The notes: generated by a model from the letters alone, not told the origin. 64,000 nucleotides of DNA from Nitrosopumilus sp. (GCA_965223425.1 OZ245003.1:576001-640000); one strand, 5' to 3'; counted from the first letter of the stretch, positions 9,732 to 20,619 are shown. Numbers and translations: made by a program.

Positions 9732-10801
9732 TCTTTTTGGAAAATTTTGAACTGTTTGGGAATGTTGAAAAGGGTCAAATTTTTCTTGAAAGTGTAAAAT
9801 CTAAAAAATTTCTTTTTTCATTTGTGATTTCATATACTGAAACCTGCGAAATTCCTGGAATTACTTTTGCGGGCGCAGACAAGGACTCAATTCAGTTTAC
9901 TCCTCCAGCTGATGCAGAATATCTTCATTATGGTTATTGTAAAACAATTGATAAAATCCCAATGACTCCTGATGGAAAACCAACTCCTGGATTGTTGACC
10001 AAGACTGCATTGGAATTATCAAGCATTCCTCATTTAACAATTAATGCTGGTAGTAAAATCGCTCCCCAACTACCTTTCATTGATACTGGATTGTCTTTTG
10101 GAAAAAATATTTCAGCACAAGATGCTATGACAGATTCTCAAGTATCCCATGCCGTTGATTATGGTAGAATTGCTGGAAGAAGTATGGCGTCTTTAACTGA
10201 CTGTTTGATAATTGGTGAAAGTATCCCTGGCGGAACTACTACTGCATTAGCTGTATTGAAAGCCTTAGGTTTTGATGCTAAGGTGAGTTCAAGCATTCCA
10301 AACAATCCTGTCGAATTAAAAAATCAAGTTGTTGATTCTGCACTTGGGAGAATTGATTCTGATCATCCTTACAGTGTTGTTGCAAAAGTTGGAGATCCGA
10401 TGATTCCTTTTGTTGCAGGAATGCTGAGCTCGGCTTCTGATGTTTCTAAAGTTATGCTGGCAGGCGGGACTCAAATGACTGCTGTATTGGCATTTGCGTC
10501 AAAAATTGGATTTAATCAAGAAAACACTGCAATTGGAACAACATCATACATCACAAATGATGAAACAGCAAATTTCACGAATTTAGTCGAGAAAATTGCA
10601 GATATTCCAGCAATTTCTGTAAATCCGGACTTGGAGAATTCGCAATATCCTGGTCTGAAGGCATTTTCAGAAGGATTTGCAAAAGAAGGTGTAGGGGCCG
10701 GTGGCAGTATCATCTCATCTATGCTCAAAACGGGAAACAACTCTGCAAAATTTTTAGAAATGGCAGAAAAAGAGTATCGCCGATTGTTTACTTTACAGTA
10801 A
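9728..10801 (+). CDS. cobT: Archaeal nicotinate-nucleotide:dimethylbenzimidazole phosphoribosyltransferase
   Basis: GESIPGGTTTA, LAGGTQM and KEGVGAGG motifs. Confidence 0.85.
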   Translation: MIFLENFELFGNVEKGQIFLESVKSKKFLFSFVISYTETCEIPGITFAGADKDSIQFTPPADAEYLHYGYCKTIDKIPMTPDGKPTPGLLTKTALELSSIPHLTINAGSKIAPQLPFIDTGLSFGKNISAQDAMTDSQVSHAVDYGRIAGRSMASLTDCLIIGESIPGGTTTALAVLKALGFDAKVSSSIPNNPVELKNQVVDSALGRIDSDHPYSVVAKVGDPMIPFVAGMLSSASDVSKVMLAGGTQMTAVLAFASKIGFNQENTAIGTTSYITNDETANFTNLVEKIADIPAISVNPDLENSQYPGLKAFSEGFAKEGVGAGGSIISSMLKTGNNSAKFLEMAEKEYRRLFTLQ

Positions 10802-12548
10802 CTGACTTTGCTAAATTTCTAGGATAGTCAGGATCTGTATCTTTTTCAAGTGCCGCATAGTAAGATAACAACTGTATTGGAATGATTTCTGAAATTGGAT
10901 ACAGCACTTCATCTATTTTTGGCATTTCTATCCAATAATCATAAACATCACTTTCTATATCTGAAACCCCGATAATTTTTGCCCCACGAGCTTTAATTTC
11001 TCTTGCACTTGTCAGCGTATCTGAATACGTTGAGTCATTTGGATTGATAATTATCACAAATACGTTTGAATCCATTAATGCAAGAGGCCCGTGTTTTAAC
11101 TCTCCCCCTGGAATTCCTTCTGCATGGATGTATGTTAGTTCTTTAAGTTTTAGTGCTGCCTCTATTGCAATCGGATAGTTTACCCCTCTGCCTAAAACGT
11201 AAATGTCTGAAATTTCCTTTAGTTCCTTTGCGACCTGTTGAATTTTTACCGGATTTTCTAATATTTTCAGAATTGATTCGGAAAACTTTTCAAAATTAAT
11301 TGTTATGTCATTGCCACTCAATTTTTGTACAATTTTGTAGAGTATTACTAGCTGTGACGTGAAACTCTTTGTTGCAGCAACTCCTATTTCGGGGCCACAA
11401 TTCATTCCAATTACTACATCTGCTTCACGTGCAAGCGATGATGTTGTTAAATTGACAATCGATATTATTTTACAATTTGCCTGTTTTGCGATTTTGACTG
11501 CCTCTAAAACATCTGCACTTTCTCCGCTTTGAGATATTGCAATTAGAATCGAATTCCTCTCTATTGTGTCTGGTGAGAATTGGAGTTCGCTTGACATGAC
11601 TGGCTCGGCCTTGATTTTGGCATATTTTGATAGAATTTGCTTTGCAATTAATGCAGAGTTGTAGCTTGTGCCACTGCCTGTTACATAGATATTTTTTGCA
11701 TGTTTGATATAATCCGATGTTTTTTCAATTGCATCTGTTGTCTTCTCCCCAGCTTTCAGAATTGTTTCATGCTGTTCATAAATTTCTTTTAATGTAAAAT
11801 GTGCATAATCTCCCTTGTATGCATCGCCAAACTCTTTTGAAACTTTTGTTATTCCATATTTTGTATGTTCGCCATTAAAATCTAAAATCTGGAACTTTTC
11901 TTTATCTAAAATAACAAAATTACTATTTTCTATGTATATTGCATCATCTGTATATTCAATAAATCCCAGTACGTCACTTGACAAAAAGAAATCATCTTGC
12001 CCAACTCCTATTATTAGCGGTTCATGAAATCTTGCTGCTGCAAGTTGTCCATTTTCAAACATCGCAACAAACGCATAATGTCCTTCAAGTTCCGCAACAA
12101 CTTTGATCATCGTTTCTTTAACGTCTCCAGTTTCTTCATAATTTTTTTGAAGTAAATTTGCAATTACCTCACTATCTGTTTCACTTTTGAAACTATATTC
12201 TTCATCTTCTAATTGCTTTTTTAATTCTTCAAAATTTTCTATAATTCCATTATGTACTATTGCAATTTTTCCAGAATTACTCGGATGTGGATGTGCATTA
12301 GCATCAGTGACTTTACCGTGAGTTGCCCATCTGGTATGGCCAATTCCTACTTTTCCTGGCAAAGCGTCTAACTGAACTTTTGCATTTACGTCGCTTACTT
12401 TTCCAGTGCCTTTCTTTAATTCAATTTGATTCTCAGATTCTGTTGCAACTCCAACACTGTCGTATCCACGATATTCCATTCTTTTTAATCCATTTACAAG
12501 AATGGGTGCGGCAATTCCTTTTCCGTAGTAACCAATTATTGAACACAT
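10788..12548 (-). CDS. glmS: Glutamine--fructose-6-phosphate aminotransferase
   Basis: N-terminal MC, EYRGYDS, GHTRWATHG, SQSGE, PRNLAKSVTV. Confidence 0.97.
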   Translation of the reverse strand: MCSIIGYYGKGIAAPILVNGLKRMEYRGYDSVGVATESENQIELKKGTGKVSDVNAKVQLDALPGKVGIGHTRWATHGKVTDANAHPHPSNSGKIAIVHNGIIENFEELKKQLEDEEYSFKSETDSEVIANLLQKNYEETGDVKETMIKVVAELEGHYAFVAMFENGQLAAARFHEPLIIGVGQDDFFLSSDVLGFIEYTDDAIYIENSNFVILDKEKFQILDFNGEHTKYGITKVSKEFGDAYKGDYAHFTLKEIYEQHETILKAGEKTTDAIEKTSDYIKHAKNIYVTGSGTSYNSALIAKQILSKYAKIKAEPVMSSELQFSPDTIERNSILIAISQSGESADVLEAVKIAKQANCKIISIVNLTTSSLAREADVVIGMNCGPEIGVAATKSFTSQLVILYKIVQKLSGNDITINFEKFSESILKILENPVKIQQVAKELKEISDIYVLGRGVNYPIAIEAALKLKELTYIHAEGIPGGELKHGPLALMDSNVFVIIINPNDSTYSDTLTSAREIKARGAKIIGVSDIESDVYDYWIEMPKIDEVLYPISEIIPIQLLSYYAALEKDTDPDYPRNLAKSVTVK

Positions 12549-12821
12549 GATATTCTCACTGATAGTTGGGGTTATTTACTGATGCGTTCCTATAATTTTA
12601 CGAATTATCAAATTTTGTGCATATATTGAATTTCATTTGGGCCTATCTGATCAGCTATTCATTCACACAATTTTTCAAGACATTGAGGCTAAAGGATCTA
12701 ATATTTTGGGATTTTATTTTAAATTTTAGAGATATTATTCCCCACTCAACTCTATTTCAAGAATCTACCTATAACCCCGATAACTGCTGGATGTTAGCTA
12801 CTGATAGTCTTATTTTTTCGA

Positions 12822-13394
12822 TTATTCTGTTGAAGGGCTCTCATCTTTTGATGTTTCTTCAGCTGGTGCCTCTACTGCTTCAGGCTCTGGTTTTGTCTTT
12901 TCTAGCATTCCAGGAATTTTAGATTCAGGTGCAAAATGTATGCTGTCTTCTTCTCCTACTGTAACTGTGTATGATGGAATGTCCACTTTTCTTTCCCCAA
13001 TCATTATGTGTCCATGAATTACTGCTTGTCTTGCTTGATATGGTGTTTTGAATCCAAGTTTGTTTGTAACAATAGTTTGTAATCTACGTGAAAGTAAATC
13101 ATTCACGTTTAGATTAAGTACGTCATCTAGTGTTGCATCGTTAGTTACTAATCCAATTTTGGCAAGTGATTTCATTAAAATTGGCTCTTTTTCTTCTCTG
13201 ATCTCTTGTCTTAATGCAAGTAATGATCTTGCTTGATGTCTAACTCGCGATAATTCTGTATGTGCTTTCCATAACTCCCTTTTAGTTCTTAATCCAAATG
13301 TACCAAGTGTTTTTAGCTCTTCCATCTTTAATTCATAATTAAGAGGCCTCTTTGGTTTTCTCCAAACTCTACGTGGATATTTTGGATCTCCCAT
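12822..13394 (-). CDS. rps4: 30S ribosomal protein S4
   Basis: [25 protein letters not shown]. Confidence 0.97.
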   Translation of the reverse strand: MGDPKYPRRVWRKPKRPLNYELKMEELKTLGTFGLRTKRELWKAHTELSRVRHQARSLLALRQEIREEKEPILMKSLAKIGLVTNDATLDDVLNLNVNDLLSRRLQTIVTNKLGFKTPYQARQAVIHGHIMIGERKVDIPSYTVTVGEEDSIHFAPESKIPGMLEKTKPEPEAVEAPAEETSKDESPSTE

Positions 13395-13403
13395 TCAAAA
13401 CAC

Positions 13404-14003
13404 CTATTCTTTTTTCTCCTTTGGCGCATCTTTCTTTTCTGCTGCAGGTGCGTCAGCTGCTGCTGCTCCCTCAGCTGGTGCCGCTGCTCCCTCAACTGGT
13501 GCTGCACCTTCTGCTGCTGGGGCCCCTTTCTTTACCGGTGCTGCTAATCCTCCTTTGGCGACACCAACTGCGCCACCTTTTCTGCCTGAAGTTCTAGTTC
13601 TTTGCCCTCTAACTTTTAGACCACTTAGATGGCGGTAACCCCTCCAGCTTGCAGTAATTCTTTCTCTTTCAATATCATTTCTTAATGTAAATGGAATGTC
13701 TGATGTCAACAAATGCAAGTTTGCTCCGGTTTCAATATCTTTTTGTCTGTTAAGAAACCATGTTGGGAAATTTCCCCCAACTGGATCTGTAATTAATTTT
13801 TCAATTGCTTGAACATTTTCTTCAGTAAGGTTTCCAATATTGGAGTTTGTGTTAATTTTTAAAGTATCACAAATTGCTATGGCAAAGTTATATCCGATGC
13901 CTTTAATCTGAGTTAGCCCTACAAGCAATTTTCTCTCCCCTGGGATATCGTTTCCAACAATCCTTACAATGTGTCTGTATTCTTGGCTGCTCAAGTATTC
14001 CAA
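13404..14003 (-). CDS. rps13: 30S ribosomal protein S13
   Basis: LTQIKGIG and [19 protein letters not shown]; Ala/Pro/Glu-rich tail. Confidence 0.97.
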   Translation of the reverse strand: MEYLSSQEYRHIVRIVGNDIPGERKLLVGLTQIKGIGYNFAIAICDTLKINTNSNIGNLTEENVQAIEKLITDPVGGNFPTWFLNRQKDIETGANLHLLTSDIPFTLRNDIERERITASWRGYRHLSGLKVRGQRTRTSGRKGGAVGVAKGGLAAPVKKGAPAAEGAAPVEGAAAPAEGAAAADAPAAEKKDAPKEKKE

Positions 14004-14063
14004 AATTCAAAGAAGCCCCGATAAAAACCATACTAGGCGTCAAATAATTAGATGCTTTTCAAA

Positions 14064-14216
14064 TCATCTAAAGTCTTCATCATCTGTCCAGTCATTGCCT
14101 TGGGCATTCCATTGGTTACATTTACAGCATTTTTTGACTCCTCTTTGGGCATCAATATCTATGCAAAAACAGTGCTCTCCCTTCCCAGACGGATCTTTAC
14201 TACATAGTTTTTGCAT
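14064..14216 (-). CDS. 50-aa Cys-rich microprotein (not in ORF track)
   Basis: Manual translation MQKLCSKDPSGKGEHCFCIDIDAQRGVKKCCKCNQWNAQGNDWTDDEDFR; fills the gap upstream of rps13. Confidence 0.6.
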   Translation of the reverse strand: MQKLCSKDPSGKGEHCFCIDIDAQRGVKKCCKCNQWNAQGNDWTDDEDFR

Positions 14217-14305
14217 AATCTTCTGAATACCTTTTTCCTAATTATCTTATTGGAATATATCTTACTTGAAAAGTTATAAATTTCTAAATCTTCCATTTTA
14301 GAGGA

Positions 14306-14617
14306 ATGGCTGAAACTATTGATCGGGAAAAAATTGTAGATTGTATGTTTGATCCCGTAACATCTTCATTATTGGCAGAACTGGAGGACGGTGAAAAAGA
14401 ATGCTCGTTTTTAGCCCAACAATCATCCATACCTGAATCTGAAGTTCTTGAAAGGCTATCTTATTTGATAGAGCATGGATTTATTTCTAAGAATTCTGAT
14501 GATGGAAAATGCATACTTGCTGCCAATTTTGAAAAACTCAGTTCCATTGTTGAAAATAATGAAAATTTTGATGCTGCCATTGACGGTCTTGAAAAGATGG
14601 ATAGTTACCTAAATTGA
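14306..14617 (+). CDS. Winged-helix domain protein (ArsR-like)
   Basis: DPVTSSLLAEL...SEVLERLSYLIEHGFI HTH pattern. Confidence 0.6.
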   Translation: MAETIDREKIVDCMFDPVTSSLLAELEDGEKECSFLAQQSSIPESEVLERLSYLIEHGFISKNSDDGKCILAANFEKLSSIVENNENFDAAIDGLEKMDSYLN

Positions 14618-15112
14618 TCTCATTCTATTTCTAATTCCGTAAATTCCTACTCCGACTAATCCAACCATTCCTATAACAAGCACATACACTGAGATAAAAC
14701 CAAGTGACTTCTTGCCAGCGTCTGGAAGTGGTCCTATGGCTCCAAATACTTGGGTTTCCTTACTACTTGCACTTTCAACTATCAGTTTGTAAGTTCCACT
14801 TTCAACAACATCAAATTCTTTTTCAACAGTTTCTTCATTAATTAATTGAGCAGTTATTTCAATATCAAATGGATTTAAAATCTTGGCAGAAAATACATCT
14901 TCTTTGAATTCCATAATCTGTACTGCAAAAACCCCTATTGATGTCTCTTGCGCATCAAACTCTGCTGAAATTGCTAGCATTTGATTTGAATTTATCATTC
15001 CATTTCCCTGACTGACTCCTTCTAAGACTATTTGATTTCCTATAACTAACAAGATCAATCCTATTACGATTAATGCTCCAGCAATGACTATCATTATTCC
15101 TGATTTTTGCAC
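14609..15112 (-). CDS. Hypothetical membrane protein
   Basis: N- and C-terminal TM segments. Confidence 0.7.
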   Translation of the reverse strand: MQKSGIMIVIAGALIVIGLILLVIGNQIVLEGVSQGNGMINSNQMLAISAEFDAQETSIGVFAVQIMEFKEDVFSAKILNPFDIEITAQLINEETVEKEFDVVESGTYKLIVESASSKETQVFGAIGPLPDAGKKSLGFISVYVLVIGMVGLVGVGIYGIRNRMRSI

Positions 15113-15180
15113 AAACTGTGATTGATTTTCTTTAGTTTAAACGTAATTTTTCCTAAAACCTGTAATGGTCTTGTGTAACA

Positions 15181-15226
15181 AAGTTAGATTGGACTAAAAA
15201 AGTTAGCTTAGGTTAAATTTAAATAA
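15181..15226 (+). promoter_or_regulatory. Putative tandem DtxR/MntR-type operator next to a TATA box
   Basis: TTAG-N6-CTAA and TTAG-N6-TTAA followed by TTTAAATA, upstream of the MCO-ZIP operon. Confidence 0.45.
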
Positions 15227-15253
15227 AGAATTCCTTCTTCTTCTTTACGTATC

Positions 15254-16309
15254 TTGAAAATAACGCGTTCTAATGTCATGCTCTTAGCAATTTCAGCAAT
15301 TATTGGACTTTCTGCGGTTGTAATTTTTCCACTAATCTCAGAAGCGCAATCTGAACAGAAAACATTTGTAACACATTCAGGCTCTGTTGTGCAGACATCT
15401 GGAGAAGTTATTGATCCTCTTTATGCTGTATCTGCTGTAGAGTTTGATCCAGATGAATTCCTGAGAAATTTTGAATATGGCAGAGTATCTGTCTCTGAAA
15501 GTGGACAAACAATTAGAGATTATACAATTATAGCTGAAGATGATAAAATTCAAGAAATCGCCCCTGGTATTTTTTATAATGTCTGGACTTTCAATGGAAC
15601 TGTTCCGGGTCCGACTATAAGAGCTACAGAAGGAGATCTTGTTAGAGTTCACTTCATCAACAACGGTTCAAAAGAACACACAATGCATTTTCATGGAATT
15701 CATCCAGCTATGATGGATGGAGTCTTTGAACCCGTAGGTGGTGGAGGCGGACAGTTTGTATATGAATTTGAAGCCGGTCCTGTCGGAGTTCATCCATATC
15801 ATTGTCATATTATGCCACTTGAGGAACATATCGTACATGGTCTTTATGGTGTGTTCATTGTTGATCCAAAAGAAGAGCGCCCACCAGCTGATGAGATGGT
15901 AATGGTTCTAAATGGCTTAGACACTGATTTTGATACTGAAAATAACTTCTATGCTGCAAACACCATCCCATTTTACTATCAACACCATCCCATTCAAATT
16001 AACACCCATGAATTAATTCGAGTTTATGTCGTCAATATGGTGGAATTTGATCCGATAAATAATTTTCATCTTCATGGTAATTTGTACAAATACTATCCTA
16101 CAGGTACAGATGTCGTTCCATCATTTTACACAGATATGATAACACTATCACAAACTGAGCGTGGAATTATGGAGTTTGAGTACGAATATCCTGGAAAATA
16201 TCTATTCCATGCCCATAAAGTAGAGTTCTCAGAGAAAGGTTGGGTGGGAATTTTCCTTGCCAAGGACAATCCAGAAAGAAACACACAGGAAACAGAATAT
16301 GGAACTTGA
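15254..16309 (+). CDS. Two-domain multicopper oxidase (NirK-related 2dMCO)
   Basis: Signal peptide; HTMHFHG, YHCH...HIVHGL, FHLHGN and FHAH Cu ligands. Confidence 0.88.
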   Translation: MKITRSNVMLLAISAIIGLSAVVIFPLISEAQSEQKTFVTHSGSVVQTSGEVIDPLYAVSAVEFDPDEFLRNFEYGRVSVSESGQTIRDYTIIAEDDKIQEIAPGIFYNVWTFNGTVPGPTIRATEGDLVRVHFINNGSKEHTMHFHGIHPAMMDGVFEPVGGGGGQFVYEFEAGPVGVHPYHCHIMPLEEHIVHGLYGVFIVDPKEERPPADEMVMVLNGLDTDFDTENNFYAANTIPFYYQHHPIQINTHELIRVYVVNMVEFDPINNFHLHGNLYKYYPTGTDVVPSFYTDMITLSQTERGIMEFEYEYPGKYLFHAHKVEFSEKGWVGIFLAKDNPERNTQETEYGT

Positions 16310-17477
16310 TGATAATTCATCGAAAGGAAAGGTTATTGCAAGTGGAATAATTCCATTTGCTTTTGTAATTCTTATGCTGGTTTACATTTTTGGTCCTGGC
16401 GCTGATTTGCTGGACTTGGGAGTTCCGCTACCTGAAATAACTATTGAAAAAGTAGATTTTGTAAATTCAGAAATTCAGGCCACTGTTAGAAACACCGGAC
16501 CGATTCCCGTTGAAGTGGCTATGGCAGACGTAAATGATAGAATTCAACCTGCTGCAGTAGAGCCTGATAGATTTCTTGATAGGTTTGAGACAACTTTGGT
16601 TAGAATTCCATTTGAATGGAATGAGGCTGAACCCTACATAATTGGAATAACAATTGAGGATGGAACACGATTTGAAAAAAAAGTTGAAGCTGCTGCTCCC
16701 GCATTAGAACCTACTTTAGATCTTGCTATCTTTTTTGCAATTATTGGAACTTATGTTGGAATTATTCCTGTTATGATTGGTTTATTGTGGCTTCCTTTTA
16801 TCAAAAAGATAAGCAAACAAAAATTCCATTTCTTTTTGGCATTGACTGCAGGATTGTTGCTTTTCTTAGCAATTGATTCTATTGAAGAGGCAATAGAAGT
16901 TTCTGATGAAAGCTTGGCAGGAAGCTTCAATGGGGCTTTACTTATTGCAACAGTAATTGTATTGTCTTTTCTTGGATTATACTATTCTGGAAACAAGCTT
17001 GTCAAACGGGCCAGTTCTTCAAAACTTGCAAAACCAGTTGCAATCGCATTAATGATTTCTATTGGCATAGGCCTGCATAATTTTGGCGAAGGTCTTGCAA
17101 TTGGTGCCGCAGTTGGACTGGGCTCTGTTGCATTTAGCACGTTTCTGATTGTGGGGTTTGCATTGCATAATACGACTGAAGGTATTGCCATTGCCGCACC
17201 AATGTCAAGAGGAAAGTTAATGGTTGGAAAATTGGCTGCAATGGGCATGATTGCAGGGGCTCCTGCTATTTTTGGCGCGTGGATTGGTGGTTTTTCCTAT
17301 TCTCCGTTTACTTCGGTGATTTTTCTCTCAATTGGTGCTGGTGCAATATTTCAGGTAATTGTTGTAATAATGAAATGGATTAGAGATGAAGGCGATAACA
17401 ATCTTTCAAGTGCTTCAGTGGCATCTGGTTTTGCAGTAGGAATGTTAGTTATGTATCTAACAAGCATCTTAGTTTAA
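16299..17477 (+). CDS. ZIP-family divalent metal transporter
   Basis: LHNFGEG and ALHNTTEG ZIP motifs; multiple TMs; probable start ATG (MELDDNS). Confidence 0.88.
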   Translation: MELDDNSSKGKVIASGIIPFAFVILMLVYIFGPGADLLDLGVPLPEITIEKVDFVNSEIQATVRNTGPIPVEVAMADVNDRIQPAAVEPDRFLDRFETTLVRIPFEWNEAEPYIIGITIEDGTRFEKKVEAAAPALEPTLDLAIFFAIIGTYVGIIPVMIGLLWLPFIKKISKQKFHFFLALTAGLLLFLAIDSIEEAIEVSDESLAGSFNGALLIATVIVLSFLGLYYSGNKLVKRASSSKLAKPVAIALMISIGIGLHNFGEGLAIGAAVGLGSVAFSTFLIVGFALHNTTEGIAIAAPMSRGKLMVGKLAAMGMIAGAPAIFGAWIGGFSYSPFTSVIFLSIGAGAIFQVIVVIMKWIRDEGDNNLSSASVASGFAVGMLVMYLTSILV

Positions 17478-17783
17478 TTCGATTCGTATCTGATATATCA
17501 GTCATAAATTTTTGAAAGACTCTCAGTTCCTACAAAACATCACGCTCTACAGACCTTGATGCAAAATTTGGGTGATCCGCAGCAGCCTCGAACTAATTTG
17601 ATATTTTCTTTGGTAAATACTTGAGAACATGGATTTTGGATAGAAAATAAAGGTCATTTTTTAGTATTTGTAAGAGTATGGCCTGAATGGAATTTGCGTC
17701 TCAAGCATAGAACTTTAGATTTCAGACATTTTTACATAGAATTTGCACCAAAAAGATATAATCTATTTTGACTATCTAATGTT

Positions 17784-18215
17784 ATGGGCAAAGTACTTGT
17801 TCTGACACTTCTGTTATCTGTTCTGGCAACAGTGATGATCTTTGGTTCTGTTTCCCCCATCTTTGCAGGTTCTGACGGTGAATCCTATAAAAAATACCAG
17901 GTAGTTTCAATCGGCGATGCAGTAGGAACTATAGAGATCTCTGAGGACACCAACATCGACGACGTCAAGGATCAGGCCATATCAGAAGAAGATGCAACGG
18001 AAGGATATGATGTCGACAAAGCCAAACTCAAAAAGGCCGTAAATGACTCAGACCAGTACTTTCTCGTGTGGAAACTGGTAGACTTTACAGATTCAGGAAC
18101 CATGACAATATATGTTCTTGATGCAGGAACCGGGGAGCAGCTGATCGAACCTGTCATCAAAGAAAAAGGCATGTGCACCAAATCCCAGTCTACCAACAGT
18201 GGAGACAATGCATAA
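17784..18215 (+). CDS. Secreted PepSY-like hypothetical protein
   Basis: Signal peptide; YFLVW...YVLDAGTG resembles the PepSY C-terminal motif. Confidence 0.55.
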   Translation: MGKVLVLTLLLSVLATVMIFGSVSPIFAGSDGESYKKYQVVSIGDAVGTIEISEDTNIDDVKDQAISEEDATEGYDVDKAKLKKAVNDSDQYFLVWKLVDFTDSGTMTIYVLDAGTGEQLIEPVIKEKGMCTKSQSTNSGDNA

Positions 18216-18881
18216 AACTATCTTGCCTAACCCGGTTCTGTGAAGTTATCGGGAGTTACATGTCAATTCCCAAAATGTACAAGCCTCCAAACCGCAAGAT
18301 ATTCGCTGAAGGCGATAAAGCCAATATCACAGAAATATGCGCCGAACTCTGACCTAATGGATATGGCGGCTACATTCACAAAGATGGCCAATCATTGCAT
18401 CAAGATAGGGTTGAAAGAAGACACTCACAATATGAAGAGGCTGTCCATGTTATGTTGTCATGAATTACGTAACTATGACATTTTATCAACATACAAACTA
18501 AATGCAATATCAAGGGCTGCAGGCATATTATCAAACAGAAAACAATCAGTCAAACGAGGTGTCAGAATAAGAGGCCCAATAGTCAAAAATCCCTTTATGA
18601 CAAACTGTTACGGCATAAAACACAACGGTGCACTACTAACAATCCCATACAAGAAACATAACCCAATCAACATTTTACTCAACGATCACGCCCAAAAAAT
18701 CCTGTCTGATCCCGCCCTGACGGTGCGCTCGTTTTCACTGACTGCCCTCAACATCAGTCTTTGTGTTTCAAAAAAAGTACAAGAGATAGAGTGCACCAAG
18801 AAAGTTGGAATAGACAGAAACCTAAGAAATGTGACGTGTGGGAACGGGGAAGGGGTGACAGTCTACAAGACAAACAAACTG

Positions 18882-20023
18882 TAGTTAGCACATTAAATAA
18901 TTGAATATTTTCACAGGCAGGATCTCCTTTCTGGCAAACAGCTTGCGTACTGACTGCTCCATCTCATCTAGCGTGCCAAACACTTTTGCAGACAGTACCC
19001 GTTTTATCACCCTCCACTGCATCTCAATGGGATTAAGCTCCGGCGTGTACGGCAGCAGGTACTCCAGAACTATCTCGCCGTTGTATCTTTCCAGAAACTC
19101 CTTTACCTTTTTGGATTTGTGATATGACGCATTGTCTACAAACAGCAGCACCTTGCCGAATCTTTTGTGAACCCGTTCCAAAAAGTTGCAAAAGCTGTCG
19201 CTGTTTGACTTTTCATAAAACATAAAGTAAAATGCGTTTGCCGCCAAAGCTCCAAAGATGTATCTTCTTTCGCGTGACAAAACAGAGGGGGATGTGGCGC
19301 GCTTGCCGCGCCTTCTCCACCCGTAGCCGGGCCTGTTTGATGCCTTTTGAATCGAGGATGCATCGCCGGCCAGTACGGTGTATCCCTGCGCCGACTTTTC
19401 TGCAACGAGTTTTTTTGCCCGCTCCTGAAACTCTTTTTGCTTTCTTTTTGAGGCTGATCTTGGGTTTTTTGGACGCGCCTTGCTCCACGAAAAGCCCATC
19501 TCCCTGACCAGCTGCAGCGCGCCTGTCTTGCTGTACTGCACGCCGAACTTTTTCTTGATGTGCAGCCTTACCAGGTTGGAATCCCACAGGCTGCTCTCAA
19601 AGCCGCATGATTCCGGCCCCGCATCCAGGTCTGCTGCAAGCTGTCTTGCCTGCGGCCCGCCTATCAGGTGCTTTCGTCCCCTGCCGCTGCGCTCGAACCT
19701 TGCGCGTATTCCCTCGTCCTGTGCGCGGTTGAGCCATGCAGATATGGTGGACTTGGGCCTTCCCAGCATCCTTCCAATCCTGTCTAGCGGCACGCCGTCC
19801 TTGCGCTGCATGTACGCAAGCAGCCTGTCGCGCCTTCTGGGATCGGTCTCTTTTTTGTATGCCCTTTTGAGGTCTGCAACGCTGGTGTTTGGCAGAAATT
19901 TTGCCCCCCTTGCAACCTGTCTCTTTTTTTGTTTGTACATGCAGTGTGTGCGGTATGGCCTGTCTTGGATCTTTTGGCCAAAAATAATTGTCAAAATGGT
20001 TCAGGTTTTTTATGTACTTACTA
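18882..20023 (-). mobile_element. IS630-family insertion sequence
   Basis: Imperfect IR TAGTTAGCACATTAAA / TTTTATGTACTTACTA; flanked by TG on both sides; interrupts tnpB. Confidence 0.9.
18885..19994 (-). CDS. IS630-family transposase (apparently intact)
   Basis: N-terminal HTH; VDNASYH and LPYTPELNPIEMQW DDE motifs. Confidence 0.93.
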   Translation of the reverse strand: MTIIFGQKIQDRPYRTHCMYKQKKRQVARGAKFLPNTSVADLKRAYKKETDPRRRDRLLAYMQRKDGVPLDRIGRMLGRPKSTISAWLNRAQDEGIRARFERSGRGRKHLIGGPQARQLAADLDAGPESCGFESSLWDSNLVRLHIKKKFGVQYSKTGALQLVREMGFSWSKARPKNPRSASKRKQKEFQERAKKLVAEKSAQGYTVLAGDASSIQKASNRPGYGWRRRGKRATSPSVLSRERRYIFGALAANAFYFMFYEKSNSDSFCNFLERVHKRFGKVLLFVDNASYHKSKKVKEFLERYNGEIVLEYLLPYTPELNPIEMQWRVIKRVLSAKVFGTLDEMEQSVRKLFARKEILPVKIFNYLMC

Positions 20024-20048
20024 TGTTATCCATAAAGGAGAACACAGT

Positions 20049-20147
20049 AGACCTTATGCGTAATCGATCAAACTAATATTGCTAGATGATTTTTACCTTA
20101 GTAAACCAATTTGATTTTGAATTCTTAGTCGATTACGCATAAGGTCT
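20049..20147. mobile_element. 99-bp MITE, copy A (ends like those of the IS at 47161-48682)
   Basis: TIR AGACCTTATGCGTAATCGA; AGT on both flanks; second copy at 54152-54250. Confidence 0.9.
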
Positions 20148-20619
20148 AGTACACGCCAGGGCAGGCTTCCACAGAAATGACCGCAGGAAGAAAAATCAGT
20201 TCTGGAAGATAAAACAGCGAAGAATGACCAATAGAACAAAACAATACATCCACAGAATATCAAAGGATATTGTGGATAATGCCGTCAAAGAAAAGGCTGC
20301 AATCGTTCTAGAAAACCTGAAAGGAATTAGAAAACTCTACAAAAAAGGAAATGGTCAGGGCAACAAGTACAGGCGCAGATTGAACGGGTGGCAATTCTAC
20401 GAGCTGCAACGCCAAATAGAATACAAAGCCCAACGGGTCGGGCTCCCGCCAGTCGAGACAGTAGACCCAAGAAACACGAGCACGCAGTGTCCGCAATGCG
20501 GAAAGAGACTCCAAGAGGACATGCAACAGCATCGTAAACTGTCGTGTAATAATTGCGGTTTGTTTATGGACAGGGATATTGTCGCTGCCATGAACAACAT
20601 ATCACGCAAGCCGCCCCCC

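Noticed and set aside
12773-12785. AACCCCGATAACT resembling part of the tnpB element TIR
   Set aside because: Too short, lacks the terminal CAGAACC and has no partner end; likely chance.
15254-16309. Calling this gene nirK
   Set aside because: The HxH ligand pattern and ZIP linkage fit a 2-domain multicopper oxidase better than nitrite reductase.
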